The notes: generated from the letters alone by a model not told the origin. Counted from the first letter of the stretch, positions 38,749 to 52,098 are shown. The stretch: 64,000 bases of DNA from Bilabrum cf. latius (GCA_965178125.1 OZ237759.1:682001-746000); one strand, 5' to 3'. A program made the numbers and translations.

Positions 38749-41700
38749 ATGGTACCCGAACTTGAGACCGGACAAGAGCCTGACCAGCTGGCGACTAGCG
38801 GCAGAACGCATCAAGCATATAGCAGGATACAGGCAGCTTTGGTGGCAATTAGTGCCGCATCACTTGCTTATATTACGGTAACAGCTGTTTCGTTAGTGAA
38901 TTCTTCGACTGAGACAGATGCACCTCGCACAGAGAGCCAGCGGCACCTCCGCGGCGACAGCCTCGTGCAAGAGCTCAATGGCCCACTGGCAGAGGGATTT
39001 GGAGTGGAAGCAGCTGTACTTGATATGCTATCCTATGAGAATATGTCGATAGCAGGGTTCGCAGCTCGACGCTTGGCTGATCACTCGATCGCCGCGTCTT
39101 GCTCTGTGCTCGGGCGCGACCTCGGAACGTCTTTCTGGAGCGACGCTTTCCACGTCATCGCTGTTGTCGTGATATTTTTATGTGTTGTTACCGGATTGAC
39201 GCCCCAAATCTCCTAGCTTGGTGCGCATCTCCCCGGCAGTGATGCAGAAGCAGGCAATGCATAGCGTCGCACCAATGCTGCTGCTGGGTTATTAATGCTT
39301 TTAACGTTTTGCGGTGCCTTGGCTATTGGAGCGCTGCAACTATGCGAGCATATTTTGCATCTTTTACGGTACCATGACGCATCGAAAATTGTCTACGGTC
39401 TGCAGCTTCCCATCGGGTGGGTGACATTTGCTGGCTTCGGCTCGGCGTTCGTCTCAATCGTGCTCCAAGCGGCCGATACAAAAGCCGCGCCAATCGTGGC
39501 ATACTTCACGTACGGTGTATCGTGTTGCCTCTCTGGGTCCGCGATCGTCATTGATTTGATGTCGTCAGCCGATGACGTCAATCGGGCCACGATGGTTGCT
39601 TGGTTTCACTTCGCTGCAGTGCTCGCCCTGACAATCGGAGTGCTCGGGTTTGACATGGGGCGCAACGGCTGCAACAGATTGTACACCTCGTCGCGGGAGT
39701 GGAGGCTATGCTGCGGCATGAAAGGGCAGGCACCCCCACCGGTACTCGCAAGCGGCCCTGATGCCGCGCAGGATGGCCAAGACAAAGCGCGTGTAGTTTT
39801 GTCATCCGTGCAACAGCAGGACCTGGCTCGGGACATGGGGGTGCTGCTGGCCATTTTGCTTATCGGGCTGACCGTCGCGCTCGGTAACGACGTCATACTC
39901 GCGCACAAGGGGGCCGAGCACCGTTTGCAACCGTCTGGCGAGCTGATCCAGATGGTGCTCATCCGGTGGGTGCCTGTCGTAGCGTGCTCCTTTCTGCCCA
40001 TCGAGTTCATTGCCTCGGACACTTTTGAAGATGGCACTGGCAACGAGGGGATGAGGGCTAGCGCGAACGTTCGTGAAGTCTCCGCGGATGGAGCCAAGGA
40101 CAGCGGCGTGGCCTCGGCTGCTGCCCCCTCAGAAGCGCCTGCAGCAGATGCAACTCCAGAATCGCGAGGCGAGCGCGAGGGGGCGCGCAACACAAAACCG
40201 TGCTTGGCGCATTGCTGCAGCTGCTTGTTGAGCACTACAGAGCCCGTGGGCCTGTCCACCATCGTGCGATGCATCGCCTCAGTCTCGCGGTGGTGCAACG
40301 GCGAGCCAGCACCGGCGTGGATCGCACCCGTCCAGCTGTCCATGCACGCCTGGGTCAAAGGATACATCGTGGTGATATTCGCCAGCCTTCTTGTTGCCAG
40401 TGCCAGCGACTGCTGCATCGGGCCCATCGGGCACCTCTCAGGGTGGGCGGTCCTGGCGCGGGCCCCTGCACTGCCTCTGCAGGTGTGGCTGCCCGTTCTG
40501 CTGGCACTGGTTCGGCTGCACGCGTCGAGAAGGGCGCTCCGTTTCGAGCTGGGCGCGGCGCATTTGCTGCCACTTGACGATGCTGCCGAACTGCATCGCA
40601 CGGTGGCTTGGATTGGTTTTGTGCTGTTCGCTCTGCACATTATCGGGCATGTGGGGAACCTGGCGGTGTGGGCCGACGGGCCGGATTCTATGCCTGACGT
40701 GGTTGCTCTAGTGGGGGGCACGTATCCCAAGTTCTTCGACCTGATCGCAGGGCAGTCTGTCTGGGCCATCCTCTGGAACAATTTCGCGGTTGCAACCGGG
40801 ATCGTGCTGACAATTTCCTTCATGACGATGCTGATCCTCTCAGAGGAGAAGATCACCAGGCAGAGGTGCCCGACCTGGTGCTCGTGCTCGAGAAAGAAGG
40901 CATGCTGCGTGCATATGGACATGGTCAAGGACGAACGAACGGGAGCGACAAGCCCCGAGCTGACATACTGCCGGGTCATTGATTGCCTCGCCTGCGCGAG
41001 AATCACGCCTAGTACCAAACAGACGGTCGTCATGTGCTGCTGCGAGCAGGGGCCGGAGTTTGCAAGCCGCACGCAGCTGACCAAGGAGGCGGACCAGGCG
41101 CTGAATCGACTCGTGATTGCCATGCACCATGCCGAGAGCGACAGCGAGGCCGAAGCCGAAGGTGAAACAGTCGCTACACCAAGTGTCCGCGATGCAGGCC
41201 GCCCTGTCGGCCTTGGGAGCAGTGGTGTCAAATGCGATGGGGAAGGCGTGCCGGTCGTCGCACCCAACCCTTGCGACAAAGCGCGCAAGGTGACAAAACC
41301 AACGTCGTAGCGAACATCGGGAGACTAGCCGAGCGACGCAGCTGCAGGTACCCGATAGGATCGTCTAGTGCGCAGCATATCGGTCGGGACGCTCAATTAC
41401 ATGCAGTCGAAACTGACAGCCAACCAGGTCAGAGCCGCGGCAGGAATCGTAGATAAATACATGGCTGCGTCGAAGACCAAGACCACGACGAGCTACGGCT
41501 GCTTCCGGTTGGTGAAGCGGGCATGTAGCGTGGTGGGACTCGCAGCTTGGCTCATGCATGGGGCTAGCGGAGTCCTTGGAGACCCACTCGTGGGCAGCCT
41601 TACAGCCGGCGGGGTGATGGTTTTGACGTACATTGCCGCCGAGCTCCTCGATTTCTGGCTGGGTCAGGGAGGGTGCCTGTCCGCTTCACGGGTGCAGGTG

Positions 41701-44700
41701 ATTGCCCCGTCGGCGTACTCGGTTAGCGGCAGGATTCTAGAGGAAGCCGACGGCGTGCTGCCTGACGATGCTGCGACCGTTGCATTCCACGAGGCTTCAG
41801 AGCTGCTGCAGCGCAGCGCACATAGATCTAGCAGCGGATGCAGGCCTCCCGCTGAGTCCGGCCGCGATTCACCCCTCGATACCGAGAAACGTCGCGACTC
41901 AAGAGCTGACGGCAAGGACGGAAACGACAGTGACAGCGTTCTATCACAGTCTAGCGGCATGGAGTCGTCGAGCAGGGACTTGAGAGGGGCTCTGGAGCGC
42001 TGTCGCCGCCGCCTGCAGGCGAGCGTGCAGAGGTCCAGGGATGTCATCCTTGAGGAGATCACGTTTGCAGGCGATGATATCAAGCGCGGAAGAGCCGTTC
42101 CCAAGCGGTGGATGACCGTTTCGATCGACACTGCTGGGCCGCAGTGGGAGATGCAGCAGCTGGACGTGCTGCGTGCCATGGAGCCCACCGATGTAGTGGC
42201 GCATATTGGTGAGGGTATTCGTTTGCTGGACATGGCAGCACGAGACGAAGAGCGTGCTGCCGATGTGGATTTTGACGCGTTGCTGCGGTACATGAAGGCA
42301 GGGCACGGGCGGCTCTTGGCCATGCCTGGGATTGCGCTGACATCGCCGTTCACCAGGACCGGCATGTTGAAGCTGTGCCGGTCCGTGTACACTGAGCTGT
42401 TCTATGCCCGCGCGCGGGCGCTTGATTTACCATGCGGCTGGTGCCCCACCTACTAGCGGACGTGGTTCTTCACAGAAACTGCCGTTGAGCTCGGCCTGCA
42501 GATCCGTGCTCGGGCTGCCTGCGTGCACGCGGGCGAGTATGTCTACCTGGGCCTGTACGAAGCAAAGTGGTGGTCATCAGGGAACAGGGACCTCTAGGGC
42601 GGGGGCCACCAGCAGGGGACGGTCTCATGGCTCGGACAGCTTGCGGCCAAATCGGCGCTGCCTTTTGCCACCAGGCCGTTCACCGTCGCCGCGCAGCTGA
42701 TGGACACAGACGGCACGCCGAGCGGACTAGAGATGCACATCGACTGCGCAGGCAACGGAGAAGTGGAGCTGGGCGAGAGTGTGACGAGGAGCATGTACGA
42801 GATGATCATGCAGTCCATGCTGAGAAGCAGGATCAACAAGATCCGATGGGCTACCGGAGCTGGATCCAGGGCTGGTCACAGCGGCATGCAGTGGGAAAAG
42901 GAGGGCGCCCAGCTCCCCACGCTGCTGCTTCACGGCCCGTGCCCTGCCCCCGCGGTGAGGCCAGCTTCCGGCAGGGTCAACCACGTGCTCGCGTTCGCTT
43001 CGGGATTCGGAATCACTAATTCCATGGCCCTGATGACTCATTACCTATGGAAATTTGGCAGAGGGCTGCATCGTGGGGCGGGGAATGCAATAGTGAGGGG
43101 TGCATCCGGGACTCTGCCGAACACCGGCGAGGTCTCGTCATCGAATGCTCTGGTGCTTGAGGGTGCCCTGGGTCAGCTTCGCAAGGGTGGGGCCACAAGC
43201 GCAGAGCAGTTTGATGTGCTGACTACCCACGGGCACAGCATGGTGCTTGGGTGGGTCACGAACGACCTGGGTCACGCCAAGCGAGTCATAGCGGAGCTGG
43301 GCACAGCGATGATTGTAGCCACAGCGGGTGTTCCCAGGCGCGTCGCGCAGCTGGTTCTCAATCGTGTGTGGTCGAGACTTCTTGGGCGACCTATTCCCGG
43401 CATGGACTCCCTGTTCCCCACAGCTGCCAGCCTCCACACCATCGGGCTTGGCCAGCTGCACGAACACGAAGTGGAAGTGGGCGGATCAGGGGGATCTGGC
43501 GTTGGAGGTGCTGCTAATCAAGGTGGATTTAATGACCTGTGGGCGCAGGACAAGAGCGCGAGCGCGCCCAATCTAGGCAGCGCAGCAGCCGCGAAGAGCA
43601 TGCGGCTGCTGCTGGGATCCGCTCAAGCTCGGCACATCGAGTGCATCCCGAATGACGCAGCCACGTCTGCCATGGAAAAGCAGGACTCATTGCGAGTGTC
43701 AGCTCTCAACCATGCCGAGGCCTGCTTGGAGAAGCAGAGGAAGAGGATCCTACTTGAGTTGGAGATGGGCGATTGGGAGGTGCCCGAAAGGCTGAGGACA
43801 CGCACAGAGGCGATCATCGAAAAGCAGAAGGAAGCGAGCAAATTGGCCAAAAGCAGGTGGTCGAAAGCGGCTGGTACGGCTGCAGTACCAAGAAGCAGAT
43901 CGGCTTCCGATGCCGACGTTGCTTCAAACGGCATACAGAGGGCAAGGGCAGCCACTGGAGAAGGTGCGATAGCTTCATGGGCAGCGGTGGCTGCCCGAGG
44001 TGTCGGAATCGCGGCTGGTGTGCGAGGCATGCGGCAGGCCAAGTCACGGGCTGGTGGGCTGCTTGCGCGTCTCCGAAGCGCTGGTTTGACCAATACCCCC
44101 GGGACTTCCACCAGCACAGGCACGGATACGCAGGGGGTAGCAGCACCGCCAATCGCTCCTACATCGAGCAAGAGAGAGTCGTTTGAGGCGGATGAGGGGC
44201 AAGGCTCGCCTGCTGGGCACAAGGAGGGCTCATCTACTGAGCACAAGGAGGGCTTGCACCCGAGCATGGAGGAGCAGGACCAGCAGGACAAAATCACATA
44301 GTCAAAGGAGATTACAGTAACATTTGACGAAGATGACATCACTACTGATGCCATCAAGCACATCAGTATTGGCCACGGAGCTGCAGGAACAGAAGGCCCA
44401 TCGTCAGTTTCAAACTCGCGTCCCTCGCCCGAGGGACCAGCCAGCAGACCCCTAAATGCGCTACCCTCCAATGAGCATGGTAACGATGCCGATCACGTGG
44501 CAGCTGAGGCACCCAGTAACGATGCCGATCATGTGGCAGCTGAGGCTCCCATGTCACGCCCAATGAATGAAGCAGGCCTCGGCAGCGGTGACGGCAAGCC
44601 CCGGGTGCAATCATCCGTCGGTGCATTTGCTAGCGTGTTCCTGTCTGTTGATGGGGGCAGAGGCTCCAAACCAGGGCGCAGCATGCTTCAGAGCCTTCAC

Positions 44701-45105
44701 ACGTGGCTCCCTCGGCTGGGTCACGGCAAGCTTCGCGGCTTCGACGCAAAGGTCTACCTGTCCGCCAGTCCGTTCGGGAGGGAAAGGCACGTGGGCAAAC
44801 TGGCGAGCATGAGGAAGGAGACGGATCTGTTGTTCCGGTTTTCGGCTCTTTTGGGAGTGAAGGTCGTCCTGTACGACCGCAAGGACAGAGGTGTGCCGCC
44901 TCCGACCAAGGAGCGGGTCATGACCCTGGCCAATCGCATGAATATCGCTGGGGACAGGGAGCGCGCAGCCTTCGGGAACCGCATTCGCACGGGGGAGTGC
45001 GTATACTGCGGCGCTTCGATGCCGATCGTGAAGCAGCTGCGAGCGGCCGCCAGCCAGGTGGGCAAGGGGAACGTGGTGGAGGTGTCGCACGAGGTATTTG
45101 CATGA
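38749..45105 (+). CDS. Expanded NADPH oxidase / ferric reductase-like flavocytochrome, ~2,118 aa
   Basis: Five same-frame ORFs joined across TAGs. Motifs occur in canonical order: LLPLDDAAELHRTVAW...LHIIGHVGN, AWLMHG, AGEYVYL, RPFTVA, LHGPCPAPA, VLAFASGFGIT, LGWV, VYCGAS...EVSHEVFA-TGA. Confidence 0.8.
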
Positions 45106-45555
45106 CTACTGGAGCTCTCGTGTCACCGTGTTGGGCTCTTTGCCAACGATCCACGGACTAGGCCTGGCACCATGCGCACTGCAAGTCTTGAATTTCGGGT
45201 GACACACTTATGTCTTTGCACAAGCGCGCGTATCCGTACAATATTCCAATCAATATCAGACCCCACAAGTCGAGCAATGCTGTCAACAGAGATCACAAAC
45301 TGTACATTGCACTTCTAGTCGTATCCCCGAGTCCATATCTCGGAAACACTCCCGGCACTGACCGCGAGCTGGCTAGGTTATTAGGGTTCTCCTACGGACC
45401 ATTGTCGAAAATGCAGCACTGTTTCCATGCAAGCCATTTACTTCGCGAACCAGCGATCGAAGATTGGTGGTGGTCGAAAATCACTGCACTGTAATGCAAG
45501 TGGTGCCGAAATAATGTTCCGCGGGTCGAATAGAACGATCTCGATACACCTTAAT

Positions 45556-46905
45556 ATGGCGGATAGCGCCTCTGCTGAATGCGGTGCATGCGTTATAGTA
45601 TCAACTGCCTGCCTTTTCGGGTGGTATTTCGTCTCAGCAGTACTTCTGCTGCCGTATAGCCTTGATGGTGTTGATATTGCAGACAGTCTCGATTTGTCCT
45701 GTGTTGTGGGAGGCATATACTCGCTATAGAACGAATAGAACAATGATTTGTATCCTGCACGATTGAGAACGCGAGATGACGCAGGGCTTCTATACGCATA
45801 GCAGCTTGTCGGGCCGTTTGCGGCGGATGGCGCAGCACAGGAGTATATCCAATCGCAGAGCACCACCCTTGGGAACTGGACCTTACAAGTGTCCAATAAT
45901 TAGCTGCAGATCGGCGATCTATTCCGGCAGGTCCCGGTGTGGGAGTACCCTATCGGAATGTAGAACGGACGTCGCATCGCAGTGTCTGGGCCGCTCCCAG
46001 ACGGTGCAATGGGACAAGGCCCCAACGCCAGCACAGTGCATCTAGAACAGATAGGAACAGACTTTTGTGACACGGAGGCTGCTAGAGGTAACGTCTGGTA
46101 CGAAGTGCGAGACTGGTTTCCGCAAGCGGCTCTGCACCTGGCCGCTGCGGGGTGCAGCTTGACAATCCCAGTGATTCTGGCTTTGATTGCGATATTTTCT
46201 TGCAACCAGTGCTTTACTGTCTCCGACAAGATTATGGGTACGTTGCTGTTGCTTTGCTTCGTTCTGATCGCCGGCCCATTCGCGGCTTCTCTTGCACTCG
46301 GGGCTCCGGCATTCGCCGACTTCACCAGGGGCGGGCGCGAGTCCACGGACTGGCAGATGCACGTCCTGAAGGAGAGCCCGCAGACCGGACTCGAGTACTC
46401 GCTGGCCAATAACTGCGCCTGGTCGTTCATCGTGTTCAGCGCAGTTTTCGGAATCATTTACTGCGTCGGGTGTCCCTTCGCCCTGCCGTACGTGGTTCTC
46501 TCCAGCGTGGAGATTATTCGAGAGAGGAGGAGAGCGAGGAGAATCAGGGCGCCGGCTGAGAATGGAGCCGATGGGATGGAACGGTAGCAAGGCGGCGAGC
46601 AGCAGGGGCAGCAGCGTGTAGGGGAGTTGCCGCCAGCAGCTGTGGCGCAAGGCCACTCGAATGGCGGTGGCAATGCGACGGGTGCTGCTGCTGGGAATCG
46701 CGCCATTGATTCGGGAGCTAGTGCTGTCCACACAGCCCCAGCACGACCAGGCTTGGAGGCCATGAGAGTGTTCGTTGCTTCGCGTAACACTGGGGATGCG
46801 CAGCGTGACCGTGAAGGCGGTGTGGATGGTTTGGTCGGGGCGCAGGGGGTGGCTTCTGCGGTAGCACCGGGGGCCGGCGCGGAGCACAAAGCAGTCCCTA
46901 TCTAA
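45556..46905 (+). CDS. Multi-pass membrane protein of unknown function, paralog A (~449 aa)
   Basis: Frame is open apart from 6 TAGs and ends at TAA 46903-46905. Shares ARLRTR.D.GLLYA, STTL.NWT, PVW.YP and CDT..ARGNVW.EVR.WFP with 52099-53184. Confidence 0.82.
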
Positions 46906-46994
46906 ATCCACTCACAGAAGCAAACGCTTTTGTGGAAGAGGAAGGGAAGGCGAATCGAGCGTGTCGATGCCAGCAGGATAGAGCAAGGGTTGCA

Positions 46995-47387
46995 GTGGCA
47001 ACTTGGCCATTTCGAATCCTGAATGAGCGTGTCGACCGATGTCAGCAGGGAGGAGTGGGTGGACTGCCGTGGTGACTTGACCATTTCGAATCCTGAATCG
47101 AGCGTGTCGACCGATGTCAGCAGGGAGGAGTGGGTGGACTGCCGTGGTGACTTGACCATTTCGAATCCTGAATCGAGCGTGTCGACCGATGTCAGCAGGG
47201 AGGAGTGGGTGGGCTGCCGTGGTGACTTGACCATTTCGAATCCTGAATCGAGCGTGTCGACCGATGTCAGCAGGGAGGAGTGGGTGGACTGCCGTGGTGA
47301 CTTGACCATTTCGAATCCTGAATCGAGCGTGTCGACCGATGTCAGCAGGGAGGAGTGGGTGGGCTGCCGTGGCAACTTGGCCATTTC
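46995..47387. repeat. 75-bp minisatellite, ~5 near-identical copies, with a degenerate copy from ~46952
   Basis: Unit CCATTTCGAATCCTGAATCGAGCGTGTCGACCGATGTCAGCAGGGAGGAGTGGGTGG[A/G]CTGCCGTGGTGACTTGA, head to tail with no spacers. Confidence 0.93.
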
Positions 47388-48105
47388 AACCCCATTGTGG
47401 ATGCTGGGACCCAACCACCTGGCTGTGCCACTGCCGCGAGAGTCATCGCCCCCATCCGTACCAGTCGCTGTGGCGTGGCTATCCCCTAAGACTGCTACTG
47501 AATACGGGGTGCGGGGCAGGACAAGATCAGTGGTGGGGTGCAGGGCAGGGCTGAACAAGTCGAATTGCGCTGCTGTAAACGGCAGGCCCATGGAGCTGGC
47601 CAAGCGGCTGAGGCTGGGGCACCTGGCGGGTGGGCTGGAGCGGCAGGTTCGATCATCGGGTGCCAGCCTGAGTGGGCAGCTGGTGAGTCCGCTGGGAGCA
47701 GCTCTGCACGCAGCAGGGACGGAGATGGAGAAGCTTGAAAAGGAGCTTTTCCAGGCAGGGACGCCTCGGTTTGCGCGTCACAAGGAAGGCTCCACACAAG
47801 TTCGCTACAGACGCTGAACTGCGCACGTTCATGGCCACTGGCAGCACCGCCCTGTCCTGGGCGGGGTCGAACTGCCCGAGGCACAGTTAGCACCTGGTCC
47901 CGATCCGTACGGGGGCGAGTAGTACTAGTAAGCCGATGCGATCGAAAAATCTGAGTGACATCTTGCAAATGGCATTTCTTGTCAATTTTCCCGGTGCGAC
48001 GGATGCAGTGCAGCCTGAGACTCTCGGATACATTCGTTCTCTCTTTCAACGTGTAGCCGCCGCTTCTTTTTTTGTGCAACAAGAAATATCAAGCTGAAGA
48101 GATAC

Positions 48106-48141
48106 GCGGCACTTGTTTTTGGTGCGGCACTTGTTTTTGGT
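48106..48141 (+). repeat. Perfect 18-bp direct repeat (GCGGCACTTGTTTTTGGT)x2 just upstream of ATG 48148
   Basis: Seen directly; ends 6 bp before the start codon. Confidence 0.8.
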
Positions 48142-48147
48142 TTATCG

Positions 48148-51100
48148 ATGTCATCATGGTGCCCACCTGGATACTTCCGTGACAGCCATGGACGGCTGTG
48201 CAAGCTGCCTCCTCCTGGCGATGCTGCTGCAGCGAAACACGCAGCTGAGCGAACTGTAGCACAATCAGCGACTGATCGAGGACCAAAATCTAAAAAGAAA
48301 CAGCCAAAATACTCTCGAAGGGGTAGCTTGTCCCCTTACACTCGAAAGGGTGCCTCGAAGCGTGTCTCGAGAAAGCGGGCCAAGACCTCGTCGCCGATCG
48401 TCGGTGGCTTCAAGGACTACACCAGATTCATGTGGCCCCACCAACTCCGAAAACTTGGCATGTCTTGCGGGATGGCAGTGCCCCGATCGGGTACGAGGCA
48501 CCTGCCTCTGCACGGTGCCGTTTGCCTGGCGGCACACAAGCGCGTGTGGCTTACAAGCGACAACAGACGTGGCGTGCAGGGAACCGCCGGCCAGAGCCGT
48601 CGATCAATAGCCACGTATCATGAACGATGTATGGATACGATGATCGAATCGGCGTGGCTAGACAGTGGCATTCGTCAGTGCGACTCCCTTGAGTCCGTGG
48701 GTGGCCGCAACTCCGGCACTGATGATGCCTCCGGCCAGCGAATCTCAACTCAAGAGAACCCCACGAGAATTGCAGAAGGATCCATCTGTACCGCCGTGGC
48801 GCTCTGGCTTCCGCCAAGGTCGGATCGCAGCAGCAGCAGCAGCAGCAGCAGCGGCGGCCTGCAGCAGCAGCCACATCGGGCGCTGGATCTCCCATAGTCC
48901 CATCGAGGCACGAGTTCGGAAGCCCGAGCCGGCCCACACGCAGTCACGCGCGCTTACAGGCGCCGCAGAGCCCAAGCCGATTCCCTGAGGCGGAGCAGAG
49001 CTCCCATCAGGGCGCGCATTGCGCGCTGTACCCGTCTGCAGGGGCCATCAGGTGCCTATAGCACAACCACATGGCAGTTCACAGGCGCTGAAGTCCTCGA
49101 TAGGAACTTCTTAATGAACAGTGTGGATGGTAGGACTGGATATCGGTCTTAGTAGCATGTATCCGAAGCCATTCCGCAGCCAGCGTCCGGACCCGGACGG
49201 CAGCGAGCAGTGCGTGGCGTCGGACTGTTCCTAGCACCGCCGTCCTCCTTGCGCAGATCTTCCTCCTCAAGGCACGGCAGGCGGATCTGGCCCGAGTCCA
49301 GCTCTTGGCCGAGGGCAGTTGCTTGCCAGGCCAGCTGGGTGACAGAGATGGGTTTCAGCGATTTCAGCTACCCAAATGAACGTGTGATGCAGATGCCGTT
49401 GGCTGGAGTGTGTAGATCTAGTGACGGTGCCGTGGACGCAGCAATTTCGGGTGCCAGTGCTGGTCAGAGTCGTGCTGCAGCCTTTGTAGCTAGAATTAGC
49501 AGCGTCGTTGGCGCAAACACGGACAGGCAGACCGGCCAGCTGTCCGGATCAATGATCGGCCAATGGATCTGTCTGCGCAACGCGGTGGCGACGTTCCAGG
49601 TCAGCGAACAAATTTGTTCACGTGAATTAGTGCTTGAATTGCTGTCCAGGCCCATCGTGTCGAACACCGCTGGAAGTGTCGCGTCCCCACTCACTGCGCA
49701 GAACCTAGATTTAGCCTCCTCCCAGGCGGGCAGGCAGCGCGAGAGAGAAACGAGTCAAGGCCACGGAACTGGCCCAAGCTCCGGCTCCGGCCCCGGCCCC
49801 AGCTCCAGCTCCATACACGGCTAGGCCGCGAGCACTGCACCTGGCGACGCGCAGCAAGCAGCGAGCAGCGGGGCACAGAGTGAAACAGGGGGAATCGAGG
49901 ACGATGCGAGCAGCGAGGCACAGAGTGAAACAGGGGGAATTGAGGTCGATGCAAGCAGCGAGGCACAGAGTGAAACAGGGGGAATCGAGGACGATGCGAG
50001 CAGCGAGGCACAGAGTGAAACAGGGGGAATCGAGGTCGATGCAAGCAGCGAGGCACAGAGTGAAACAGGGGGAATTGAGGTCGATGCAAGCAGCGAGGCA
50101 CAGAGTGAAACAGGGGGAATCGAGGACGATGCGAGCAGCGAGGCACAGAGTGAAACAGGGGGAATCGAGGACGATGCGAGCAGCGCCCGTGACGCGGACT
50201 ACTCTTCCGACGAGGAAAGCCCGCTATAGAATGGCTGGTGGCAGCCGTTGGCCAGCCCCATGGGAGTGATGCCGCCGATCTGCTGGACACGCCAGGCGCC
50301 GAAATACCAGCTCGAGCCAGCTGTTGCTGAGGAGCCCGCGATGTTCAAGAAATGCACGGTGCAAACTGTCTGGCCGCTATCCCCATTCGCGATGTTGTAT
50401 TGCACGGTAGAAGGCGCGTTCGTGCACTCGATGTGGCAAGGGAATCCAACCACGACAACAGTTGCGATCGAGCGAGAGCGCGTGAGCGTCGGCGACGACG
50501 AGCTGCGGTGCGCGGCGCCGCTGGTTCCGCTGGAGGACTACCGCAGCGTCGCTTGCGTGTAGGAGAGCGACATCCTGCTCTGGCGCCAGGAGCGCTTCCA
50601 CGAGGCACTCCGGACCCCCGATGTTGCGGTAGGTCTCAGGACGGGTCGGGTGATGATCCTGCCCGGAGCAGACAGTGGGACTTACAACACAATGTCTGTG
50701 AGTAGTTCCCAACCAAAGCCTGGACCGGCTGGCAAGTCAAAGTCGGGCGCAGCGCAAGCAGGCGCCGCCAGTGGGGCTCCCAGGACAGGGGAGGGCGAGG
50801 GAAAGACGAGCGAGAGCGAGAGTGCTCTGGATGTCAAGTCTGCAGTGCCATCAATAGTGTGGCAGAGCGATGCGCCGATCGCGATGGTACAGTCCGTCGC
50901 GTGTTCCATCCATCCAGCCTGCCACACGAGCGACCAAAGTGCTGTGCAGGCCGAATACCGCGGCAGGCATCGTGCCGTGCTCGTGGTCGCCGATCGCGGC
51001 AAGCGGGCTGGGCTGCTTCCCATCCGCCAGTGCAAGCGCGGGCAGTGGATGCGGGACGACGGCACTGCAGCCTCCCAACTGTCCGTTCAGTTTTAGGGCT

Positions 51101-51882
51101 ACTCCCATCGCACCCGGCCTGACTATGCCGTGGCCGCTGTTCTCAAAGGGAGCAGGTTCTTCTTGGGGCCGTACGAGCACGGGCTGGCAGTCCGTCAGAT
51201 ACTTGCAGAGGCAGATGAGAAGGAGAAGGAGTGTGTGCGGGCCGAGCACGGTGACCGTGACGGGGCCAGGGACGGAAAGGGGCAGCGCGGAGTGCGGAAA
51301 GGCAAGAGAAAGAGATCGAAGTCGAGCAGGGAGCGAGGTGCCGGTAGGGCGCCAGCTGCTGCTGGGCGTGCTGCCGCTGGCCACCACGCCCTGCAGCAGG
51401 GGCTCACAGCCGTGGCGCAAGAGGAAAGAAAGAAGCAGCCGGGCGTGGATGAGGCCCTTCCCGGACTGCTGGGCATCTGGCCACTGCGCGTGCTCGGCGG
51501 CAGATGTGAGGGTGGTGATGTAGGCAGACCCACGACCTGGGTCCCTCCCGTATGCGTGGTGACTCCTTTCCTGCAGGCAGTGCCGCGGTCCTTACACGCG
51601 GGTGCGCTGCATGCAGCTGCAGGGCATCCCTATGCTGACGCAATGCCCCGAGGTCGAGGTGGCCGCAACAGCCGGCGTGAAGTGCCGAGGCGGCGGGTGG
51701 TGACGAGCTTGGATTAGGTCGATTTGGCTCATCAGGTAGCGAAACACGTGCCGTTACATGCCGAGAGCATCAAAGAGGCGTTCGTGGGGATCGATGACCG
51801 CCGCTTGTTGCCTGAAGAGGAGGTGTCTGAAGAGCAGGTGACCGGGGCCTGCCTGCTGCCTGCACCGTCTGGCGTTGACTGA
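48148..51882 (+). CDS. Hypothetical protein (~1,244 aa), basic N-terminus and acidic internal repeat
   Basis: ORFs 48148-48897, 49210-49824, 50248-50562, 50650-51096 and 51130-51717 share a frame. The gaps contain only TAG, including a tandem TAG TAG near 49150. TGA at 51880-51882. Confidence 0.72.
49861..50184 (+). repeat. 45-bp tandem repeat x7, coding for (ASSEAQSETGGIE[DV]D)7
   Basis: Unit GC[GA]AGCAGCGAGGCACAGAGTGAAACAGGGGGAAT[CT]GAGG[AT]CGAT, read in the frame of the host CDS. Confidence 0.93.
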
Positions 51883-52098
51883 AATCTGGACACTCGGGTA
51901 ACTCCAGCGCTATCTGACCTACAGCGCGTTTGGAATTCGAGAAGTCATACAATGGGATTGATTTGTGACATGTTTGGGATAGCATCTATGTTTCTCTGCC
52001 AGTGCCGGCGATGACGGGTGGTTCCGGTTCCAGGCTTCCGGTCGCCCTCTCTCAGGCAAGTCACGTGTTCAATTTGTTGATAGCAAAGGTGCAAGGCA

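Noticed and set aside
39606-41288. Long antisense or alternative-frame ORFs (e.g. 39606-41288 -, 22899-24056 +, 33871-35076 +, 61096-62061 -)
   Set aside because: These are shadows of real GC-rich genes on the opposite strand and show no recognisable motifs.
46995-47387. CRISPR array (also considered for 817-1007 and 49861-50184)
   Set aside because: The units are head to tail with no unique spacers, there are no cas genes, and the context is eukaryotic.
49880-50269. Track ORF MKQGESRTMRAARHRV... as a separate repeat protein
   Set aside because: It is an alternative frame of the 45-bp array, which lies in frame within 48148-51882.
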